Assembly: GCA_964645535.1 (NCBI GenBank)
Contig: CAZYCQ010000077.1
Coordinates: forward strand, 1 to 13,124
Direction: 5' to 3'
Length of the DNA: 13,124 nt
DNA from: an uncultured archaeon
GTDB lineage: Archaea > Asgardarchaeota > Heimdallarchaeia > Heimdallarchaeales > Kariarchaeaceae
The notes below the pieces were generated by a model, which had not been told where the DNA came from, made no database searches, and saw nothing but the letters and a program-made list of their open reading frames with translations. The position numbers and the translations under genes were made by a program. Within the stretch, counting starts at the first letter, position 1. Every line of letters begins with the position of its first letter. This document shows, in pieces, positions 6,478-13,124 of this stretch.

Positions 6478-8016
6478 TCATTCACCCAAAAAATTCAGGA
6501 CAAGTCCTTCTCTGGAAACCTTATCTCCATTTTCTCTAAAGATCTCCATTCCCAAAATGTCATTGATGAATTCCCTGTCTTGGAAAAAGATGTCCTCTAA
6601 AAGGGGGATGATCTCATAATAGATCATGTCGCCGATGGTCTTTTCCTCCAAATCCTTGAGCATGAAATACGAATGGCCGATTCTGGCATCTGGCTCGACT
6701 TGTTCCATGATTTTCGAATTGATCCTATTGAATAGTTCAATCAATTTTTCAACAATTGGATTGTTCCCCATTCCCAAGTCATCAAAATGCTCTTGAATGA
6801 GAGAATCATCGGGTAGCACTTCAACAAACAGAAATCTCCTTCTGATTGCCAAGTCCATCTCTGCCAGAGATCGATCGGAAGTGTTCATTGTTCCTATGAT
6901 GTATAGATTGTTGGGAACCGCTATTTTCTTCCCATGAGTGATTTCCAGAGGTTCATTTCTGTACTCCAAGGAATATAGGAGTTCTCCGAAAACTTTTGGA
7001 AGATTGGCTCTGTTGATTTCATCAATTATTAGGCAATAGGATTTGTCGGGGTTCTTTTTTGCCATTTCCACAAGGTTGAGGAAATGTCCATTTCTGAATT
7101 CATAGTTAACCTTGCCATTGACTAATTTCGGAAATATTCCTCCAAAGAAGTCCTCATACCCGTAACTAGGATGAAACTGCACAAACTTTACTTGGTCGCA
7201 TTTTTCAGCAACCTTTCTTGCCAGAAAGGTCTTGCCAGTGCCTGGAACCCCATAATAGATCATCTGCTTTTTCTGTTGGAGAAGTTTCCAATGATCATTG
7301 ACAATGGGGTCTCTTTCTTCAATCATAGTGCCTTCTCTTTCCAGATCCTTCAAGAATGCATCAAAAGTGTAATTTTCATCCACTTCTTCACCTGGTTGTT
7401 GAAGTTTTCTTTTCAACCTTTCCAGTTCTTCGATTGCCTCGAGCAGGAAAGGAATCTCAATCTTTTGAATTTCACTTTCTTGGATGCTGATCCCCATAAA
7501 TCCTGGTGGTGTCGCTTTTACATTTGAACTGGCGGTTGGGTTCAAATTCCATTCAATCTCCAATTCCTCCTTTATCAAAAAGGGTTCTATAATGATCATG
7601 TGAAAACTCTTCTCCTTATTTTCAAGGAGGTATTTGTACAGGTTTTCCACTGAATAGACTGCATATCTGTGAATATATCGGGCAAGTTCAAGTATGCCTT
7701 CTCTTGTTTTAGGAATCCTGATATTCTCTACTTTGCGGATTTTCCCAATGACGTCAACCTTTGTCAATCCTTGATCCCCAAGATCTTCAAATATCCATTT
7801 TTCTTTTTCTCGTGTTCCCCAAACTTCATGGAGGTTTGTCTTGATCTGTCGTTTTGTTTCTCTCTTTGGAAATTTCGGGATAAGGGCAATAAACTCATGG
7901 TCGCTTTTGTATTCTCCTCCTCCGACAACGACACAAATCTTTCCCTTTTTCATGGAAATGTTTACGGATCCCCAAACAAGATAGGTGTCTTCAATAAATT
8001 CTGGTATCTCTCCCAT
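6478..8016 (-). CDS. mcrB: McrB-family AAA+ GTPase with an uncharacterised N-terminal domain
   Basis: Walker A GVPGTGKT, FVQFHPSYGYEDF, Walker B IIDEINRAN, VFGEL, McrB signature GTMNTSDRS (NxxD), AIRRRF, IGHSYF. Confidence 0.94.
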   Translation of the reverse strand: MGEIPEFIEDTYLVWGSVNISMKKGKICVVVGGGEYKSDHEFIALIPKFPKRETKRQIKTNLHEVWGTREKEKWIFEDLGDQGLTKVDVIGKIRKVENIRIPKTREGILELARYIHRYAVYSVENLYKYLLENKEKSFHMIIIEPFLIKEELEIEWNLNPTASSNVKATPPGFMGISIQESEIQKIEIPFLLEAIEELERLKRKLQQPGEEVDENYTFDAFLKDLEREGTMIEERDPIVNDHWKLLQQKKQMIYYGVPGTGKTFLARKVAEKCDQVKFVQFHPSYGYEDFFGGIFPKLVNGKVNYEFRNGHFLNLVEMAKKNPDKSYCLIIDEINRANLPKVFGELLYSLEYRNEPLEITHGKKIAVPNNLYIIGTMNTSDRSLAEMDLAIRRRFLFVEVLPDDSLIQEHFDDLGMGNNPIVEKLIELFNRINSKIMEQVEPDARIGHSYFMLKDLEEKTIGDMIYYEIIPLLEDIFFQDREFINDILGMEIFRENGDKVSREGLVLNFLGE

Positions 8017-8153
8017 CTGAGCGTTGTTGAAGCCTGGATATTTATCCTTTGTTCATAATTTTCCAGGAGCTGACCAACAAAATACAATTTCATTTGTTTT
8101 CTGGCTTGTTATATTATGTAGTTTCCTTGTAATGCAGGGAATTCGTTTTCCAT

Positions 8154-9083
8154 CTAGGTGTTGAAGGTAATTCCTAATGAACGGACCAGTTCCTTGTATC
8201 TGTTCCGGATGGTGACTTCAGTGACTGTTGCAGTCTCTGCAATTTCTCTCTGTGTCCTTTGGTCTCCTTCAAGGATCCCTGCAAGGTAAATTGCAGCAGC
8301 TGCTAGACCAACTGGATCTTTTCCAATGGTGATTCTGTTTCTCTTTGCCTTGTCCACAATGTCCCTTGCTGTCTTGACGACACGTCCACCCAATCGCAGT
8401 TCCGCTCCGAATCTTACTACATAGCTGGTAGGGTCGGTAAGTGGAATCTTGAGTCCAAGTTCATTGATCAGTAACCTGTAACACCTTCCGATATCCTTTT
8501 TGCTGGTTCGGGAATGCTTAGCGAATTCGTCAAGGGGTCTGGGCACTCTTCTTTGCCTTGCAGCAGCATAGGTTGCGGCGGCAATCATTGCTTCGATTGA
8601 CCTTCCTCTGATCAACCGTTGGTTGAGTGCTTTTCTGTAGATTACTGACGCTGTTTCCTTGACACTTTGTGGCAGACCCAATTGGCTGGCAATTCTATCT
8701 AGTTCCCGCATGGCTTGTGTAAGGTTTCTATCGGTGGCGGAATTGACCCTGGTTCTGGTCTGCCACTTCCTCAATCGATAAATCTGTGATCTCTGCTGAG
8801 GACTGAGTTTTCTTCCATATGCATCCCTGTCTTCAATCCCGATCTGTGTGGAAAGCCCTTTGTCATGCCGGGTGTAAGTGGTTTGTGCTCCCACCCTCGC
8901 TCTTTTGGCTCGTTCTTCGGAGGAATATGCCCTCCATTCTGGAGAATCATCTATGATGCTTTCCTCGATGACTGCTCCGCAATTCTTACAGATGACCTCA
9001 CCTCGGTGATGGTCATGGATAATGGATGTGCTCCCGCAATCGGGGCATCTTTCTTCGGTTTCTTGTTTGGCTGGTTTTGACAT
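8154..9083 (-). CDS. tfb: Archaeal transcription initiation factor IIB (TFB)
   Basis: Zn ribbon CPDC...CKNC, PEWRAY, DKGLST, RLRKWQ, two cyclin repeats (RGRS; GKDPVGLAAAAIY), TQREIA...VTEVTIRNRYKEL. Start moved to ATG9083 because GAGGTG (9096-9091) lies 7 nt upstream. Confidence 0.98.
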   Translation of the reverse strand: MSKPAKQETEERCPDCGSTSIIHDHHRGEVICKNCGAVIEESIIDDSPEWRAYSSEERAKRARVGAQTTYTRHDKGLSTQIGIEDRDAYGRKLSPQQRSQIYRLRKWQTRTRVNSATDRNLTQAMRELDRIASQLGLPQSVKETASVIYRKALNQRLIRGRSIEAMIAAATYAAARQRRVPRPLDEFAKHSRTSKKDIGRCYRLLINELGLKIPLTDPTSYVVRFGAELRLGGRVVKTARDIVDKAKRNRITIGKDPVGLAAAAIYLAGILEGDQRTQREIAETATVTEVTIRNRYKELVRSLGITFNT

Positions 9084-9158
9084 TCTGCTGCACCTCAAAA
9101 ATTTTGTCGGTTCCCCTTGACAAAAAACTTATATACAAATTACAATGCTCACTTTCCA

Positions 9159-9174
9159 TTTATAAATGTTTCGG
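9159..9174 (-). promoter_or_regulatory. Putative tfb promoter (BRE CCGAAA + TATA TTTATAAA)
   Basis: Minus strand reads CCGAAACATTTATAAA, a good archaeal BRE-TATA match ~75 nt upstream of the tfb ATG. Confidence 0.55.
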
Positions 9175-9345
9175 TACTGGTAGCAAAAACCTATTACTGG
9201 TTATGTCTTGTTCCCCAATATTCCTATATCTGTCATCTATTTTAAGGTTAACGGTAGCCTTTTAAGGTTTCGATTTCGTATTTTTCACCGCATCAAGGCA
9301 AGTTCGAGACGCCATCTTTATCAATCGCCGATTTTCGCATTACTT

Positions 9346-10578
9346 GTGCACCTGAACAGAGAAGAAGAGGCCATCCTTCAAGGAGAGCAGGGGGAAGCCT
9401 TGGCTACCGCGCTCTCACTATTGGTCGATGTCGGTGACTTTTATGAAGCCTCTCATTTGTTACCCATCGGATCTGCTCATATTTCGGGCGTTTCATATTT
9501 GACGGGTGGGGATGGGCTGATTGACCAGTTGGATTATTTTGTGGATCTGGGTGCTACTGTGCGCGTTTATTCCACGTTGAACCCATCCGGCATGGATCGT
9601 AACCATTGGCAGGATCATTACATTGACTTGGAATTTGCAACCAAACAGTTTCGTATCCTTGACAACTTCAAACGTTTGGGGGTCATAACCACACTCAGTT
9701 GTACACCCTATGATTTTGGACACATTCTGACGAAGGGTCAACATGTAGCTTGGGCCGAATCCTCTGCCATTACCTTCGCCAACTCGTTCTTTGGAGCTAG
9801 GACAAACAAGGAGGATGCCCTTTCTGTATTGGCTGCCGCCATCGTTGGCAAAACCCCCAATTATGGGTTCCATCTTTCAGAAAACCGAATTCCGAATGTT
9901 AGAGTCAAGGTGGAGGCCGCCATTCATGACTATTCCGATTATTCCGTCTTGGGAGAGGTTGTAGGCATGGCATTCAATCATCATCCTTTCCCATATGGTG
10001 CCATACCATTGTTTGAGGGCATTCGCAATCCTCGACCCCATCATCTTAAAGGTCTCGGAGCTGCCTTGGCATCGTTCGGAACGCAGTTGTTCCATGTCGA
10101 AGGTGTAACTCCGGAGGTCGAATTGTATGAAAATGTCTCCGATTTTGAGGATGAATTGGTGGTGGAACAATCTCAATTGGATGAAATCTATGAACACCTC
10201 AAGCCTGATTTCGATCCCAAAATTGCCGTAATAGGATGTCCCAATGCGAATTTGGAAGAGATCCGCGAAGTCGTCCAGGCTATTGGCAATCGAAGACTCA
10301 AAAATGGAAAGGAATTTTGGGTATTTACCAATCGTGCACAAAAAGGAATGGCTGAGGCCGTAGGACTTGTGGAAACGCTCGAAAAGGCAGGTGTAAAGAT
10401 CTTGGTTGATACTTGTCCTGAAGTGACCCCTTATGACAAGGATCGTTTTGATCGGATTTTGACCAATTCCATCAAGGCACAACATTATATATCTGCGCCT
10501 AGCCTCAACGGAATCCCCACATACCTGCTCCCATTAAGGAAGTGTGTGGATCTGCTTTTTGAGGAGGTTGATGGATGA
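9346..10578 (+). CDS. Aconitase X catalytic subunit; probable phosphomevalonate dehydratase large subunit (archaeal mevalonate pathway)
   Basis: Family N-terminus (M)HLNREEEAILQGEQG from GTG9346. Motifs HISGVSY, TLNP, SCTPY, AWAESSA, NSFFGARTN, GKTPNYGFH, GCP, DTC, TNSIKAQHY, with three Fe-S-ligand-type Cys. Followed by the swiveling-domain subunit. Confidence 0.88.
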   Translation: MHLNREEEAILQGEQGEALATALSLLVDVGDFYEASHLLPIGSAHISGVSYLTGGDGLIDQLDYFVDLGATVRVYSTLNPSGMDRNHWQDHYIDLEFATKQFRILDNFKRLGVITTLSCTPYDFGHILTKGQHVAWAESSAITFANSFFGARTNKEDALSVLAAAIVGKTPNYGFHLSENRIPNVRVKVEAAIHDYSDYSVLGEVVGMAFNHHPFPYGAIPLFEGIRNPRPHHLKGLGAALASFGTQLFHVEGVTPEVELYENVSDFEDELVVEQSQLDEIYEHLKPDFDPKIAVIGCPNANLEEIREVVQAIGNRRLKNGKEFWVFTNRAQKGMAEAVGLVETLEKAGVKILVDTCPEVTPYDKDRFDRILTNSIKAQHYISAPSLNGIPTYLLPLRKCVDLLFEEVDG

Positions 10579-10988
10579 AGCTCATTGGTAAGCCGCTAAG
10601 GTCCATGGGGGATATGGTTATTGAAGGAGAGGCAATTGTAACCTCTCAACCTATCACTCTATTGGGATTCGTTGATGCCACTACTGGAAAGATTGTGGAA
10701 GAAGATCATGAACTGTTTGGTCAAAGCATTACTGGGAAGATTTTTGTTTTTCCCAAGGGAGTGGGAAGTACAGTTGGTCCGTATGTCCTTCTTAATCTCA
10801 AAAAAAATGGCAAGGCACCCTTGGCTATCATCAATCGGGAATCTGATCAGGGGACGATCTCTGGGTGTTCCGTTGCAAAAATTCCAATGATTTATCGATT
10901 GGACAGGGATCCTGTTACATCTATTCGTACTGGAGACAGGGTCAAGATTGTTGTTGCACACGGGTCTGCCATTGTTGAAGTTATGTAG
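10575..10988 (+). CDS. Aconitase X swiveling-domain subunit (DUF126); probable phosphomevalonate dehydratase small subunit
   Basis: EGEAIV, GFVDATTGKI, HELFGQSITGKIFVFPKGVGSTVG (catalytic Ser motif), GKAPLAII, IPM. ATGA overlap with the upstream gene and an SD-like GGAGGT. Confidence 0.9.
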   Translation: MKLIGKPLRSMGDMVIEGEAIVTSQPITLLGFVDATTGKIVEEDHELFGQSITGKIFVFPKGVGSTVGPYVLLNLKKNGKAPLAIINRESDQGTISGCSVAKIPMIYRLDRDPVTSIRTGDRVKIVVAHGSAIVEVM

Positions 10989-11538
10989 TGGTTGATGGCT
11001 TGGTGACAAGGATATACCTGAGTAACTCCTCGAATGCTTGATTAATCCCCTCTCCCGTCATTGCAGAGGTTTCAAATGACTTGATCTCTGTATAGGTATC
11101 ATGGAAATTCTCCTTGATCCATCTGACCATTTTTTCCATATCTTCACGGGAAACTTTCCGTTCACTTTCCAAATCGATTTTGTTTCCAACAATGAAGAAA
11201 GGTACCATACTGATGGCTTGAGCTGCCCATTCTGCCCACATTTTGAGATTTTCTAGACTCGATGGGTTGGTTACATCAAAAATGGCTAGGATCCCCGCGG
11301 CTCCTCTCAGATAAACCTCTGCTCGAGGCACTCTATACGCCTCTCCAGCAAGATCCCAAATGACTGCCTTCCCTTCCCCTTCCTCCAAGTCAAATGATTT
11401 TACCGAAAAATCCGATCCTAGTGTCTTGATATGGCTAGTTTTGAAACCCAAGCCTAGATACCTTCTGCGAATGGATGTCTTGCCAACCCTGTCGCTTCCT
11501 ATCAAGACCAATTTTACCTGATATGTATCTCTGGACAT
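10981..11538 (-). CDS. Ras-superfamily (Rab-like) small GTPase
   Basis: KLVLIGSDRVGKTS (G1), TLGSDF (G2), WDLAGE (G3), GNKID (G4), ETSAMTG (G5), GINQAF. ATG11538 is preferred over TTG11571. No C-terminal Cys. Confidence 0.93.
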   Translation of the reverse strand: MSRDTYQVKLVLIGSDRVGKTSIRRRYLGLGFKTSHIKTLGSDFSVKSFDLEEGEGKAVIWDLAGEAYRVPRAEVYLRGAAGILAIFDVTNPSSLENLKMWAEWAAQAISMVPFFIVGNKIDLESERKVSREDMEKMVRWIKENFHDTYTEIKSFETSAMTGEGINQAFEELLRYILVTKPSTTT

Positions 11539-11614
11539 TATGATTGTCAATTCCTTTTTATTTTCACCCAAATTAAATCTTAACTTAATGAAGTAATGAT
11601 TGGCTGTTTTTCTT

Positions 11615-13123
11615 CTAAAATTTTGTCTTTCGTTTCAAAATTATCACTTTGGCTGCAATCATTGGTGCAAGCACTGCCAGCCAACCGATCGGACTTCCAT
11701 TTTCCGAGGATTTTTCACTTGTGCTTGGTGGTAACGGTTTTCCGGAGACTATATCTGTCCTGTTGCTTTCTCCGATTACATTGACTGCTGCCACCTTATA
11801 GTAGTAGTTGAATGCGGAAATGGTGTTTGTATCTGTAAACTCAGTTTCTTCAGTGCTTCCCCAAATGATGAAAATTCCATTCGGTGATGTGGAACGATAT
11901 ATGTTATACTTGATGATGGGTGTTCCTCCATCACTGAGGGGCTTTTCCCATTTCAGGGTAAGTTGGTTCACTCCCTGTTCCAATACCACATTCCGCGGTT
12001 CGGAGGGTGGGGTCAGCATGCCATAACTTGTATTGATATAGATGTCGTGAGACTTGAACCCCTCATTGGATGAATTGTCCGTAGCTGAGATCTGATAGTC
12101 ATAGATGGTGTTTTCTGCGGCATTGGTGTCTGTATAGGTGGTTTCATGGGTGGTTACAAGTGGGGTGCCGTTCCTGTACACTGTATAATGGCTTAGATCT
12201 TCCGCATCACTGGCATCCCATTGCAACTTTACATCGGCTCCATCAAGATTTCCCTTGACATGATAGATTCTTGCAGGGGGACGAAGATCCGCGAGTTCTG
12301 GATTGAGGTTGAACCAAGCATTGACCGGAAAATGGTCTGATGCTTCTTCAACCCCCGGAACTGTTGAGACGGTGGAATTGATGAGCATGTCGAAAAAGAA
12401 TTGATTGACAATAATGAAATCGATTCTCGACTGATAGAAATCATCAATGAAAGTATATCCCAAATCAAGTGGATTCAGTTCCCGATATACATCCACGAAT
12501 TCATGAAGTTGCGAGGCATGTGGATGTGAACTGTTGAGCATCATCTCTACAGGGCCATATCCCAAATTGTCGCCCGAATTCAGAACCTTGACATCAAAGG
12601 GATTGAAGGAGTTCAAATCTCCTGCATAAATGATTGGGACATCTCCCAATTGATCCATGTAATTCAGAATTCCCTCTGTATCCTGTTCCCGATTTTGCTG
12701 TTCTATCCCTGTTCCGGTGTCACAGCATTTTAAATGAGCTCCAAAAATATGGGTTACCAGTCCACTGATATTGACAACTGCATCCATGAAGGGATTATGG
12801 GCTTCCTTTGTCGATCCATCATCTAATGTCAGCGTTGCAACGGTTGTCCCATTGATGATGGGATATCTAGAAAATATTGTTTCTCCAGCGGTTCCTGAAG
12901 GATTGTCTGTAGTGGCCCAAACCTCATAGGGTTGTTCATCTGCAAAGTATTCGTTGAACTCTCGCTGTATTGACCGAAGTACCCCATCATCGGATCCATC
13001 CCATTTCCCGGTTTCCACTGCTACCAAGATGTCTGGGTTTTCCGCCTTGACAATGTCCTTCCATGCGGGGTTGGCACCTGTTTCACGAATGTTGTAGGTC
13101 ATCATCTTGAAGACCTCTGGCAC
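11615..13123 (-). CDS. Surface-anchored endonuclease/exonuclease/phosphatase (EEP) domain protein with two fibronectin type III domains; 5' end lies outside the window
   Basis: EEP motifs TYNI, PDILVAVE, FSRYPI, HLK, GDLN, SRIDFI, SDHFPV. FN3 patterns VKLQW...YTVYRNG...YQISA and PSEPRN...LKWEKP..DGG.PI..Y..Y...YKVAAVN..GES. S/T/P-rich linker, hydrophobic helix and basic tail KRKTKF. The frame is open to the window edge. Confidence 0.9.
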   Translation of the reverse strand: MPEVFKMMTYNIRETGANPAWKDIVKAENPDILVAVETGKWDGSDDGVLRSIQREFNEYFADEQPYEVWATTDNPSGTAGETIFSRYPIINGTTVATLTLDDGSTKEAHNPFMDAVVNISGLVTHIFGAHLKCCDTGTGIEQQNREQDTEGILNYMDQLGDVPIIYAGDLNSFNPFDVKVLNSGDNLGYGPVEMMLNSSHPHASQLHEFVDVYRELNPLDLGYTFIDDFYQSRIDFIIVNQFFFDMLINSTVSTVPGVEEASDHFPVNAWFNLNPELADLRPPARIYHVKGNLDGADVKLQWDASDAEDLSHYTVYRNGTPLVTTHETTYTDTNAAENTIYDYQISATDNSSNEGFKSHDIYINTSYGMLTPPSEPRNVVLEQGVNQLTLKWEKPLSDGGTPIIKYNIYRSTSPNGIFIIWGSTEETEFTDTNTISAFNYYYKVAAVNVIGESNRTDIVSGKPLPPSTSEKSSENGSPIGWLAVLAPMIAAKVIILKRKTKF

Positions 13124-13124
13124 C

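Noticed and set aside
9084-9098. TTG start for tfb given by the ORF track
   Set aside because: It overlaps the GAGGTG Shine-Dalgarno; ATG9083 is better placed.
9208-9345. 46-aa N-terminal extension of the AcnX large subunit in the ORF track
   Set aside because: The family-typical N-terminus starts at GTG9346; the extension looks like translated intergenic DNA.
924-12468. Short alternative-frame and antisense ORFs in the track (e.g. 3955-4539 -, 9877-10485 -, 7669-8058 +, 2102-2452 -)
   Set aside because: All overlap well-supported genes and show no recognisable motifs; treated as shadow ORFs.
1-13124. tRNA, rRNA, CRISPR array, IS/transposase or integrase
   Set aside because: None recognised; intergenic gaps are short and lack the required structures.

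Overview
Archaeal genomic window, most likely from an Asgard archaeon (Heimdallarchaeia-like). The basis is an archaeal TFB, archaeal TATA/BRE promoters, a Rab-like small GTPase, an LDLSPL-type LRR protein and a C-terminally anchored FN3 surface enzyme. Left arm (+): HAD phosphatase, class II (DxDD, beta-gamma didomain) diterpene cyclase, a ~9-TM membrane protein of unknown function, and an LRR protein with an aromatic-rich island insert. Middle (-): an mcrB-mcrC type IV restriction pair with an unrecognised N-terminal reader domain, then tfb. Right: aconitase-X/phosphomevalonate dehydratase large and small subunits (+), a small GTPase (-), and a 5'-truncated EEP-FN3-FN3 surface protein (-). 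The most interesting element is the putative cyclic-diterpenoid locus: cyclase plus phosphatase, next to a candidate membrane partner/sensor and an island-bearing LRR, ~7 kb from archaeal mevalonate-pathway genes. All calls come from motif reading by eye; no searches were run.
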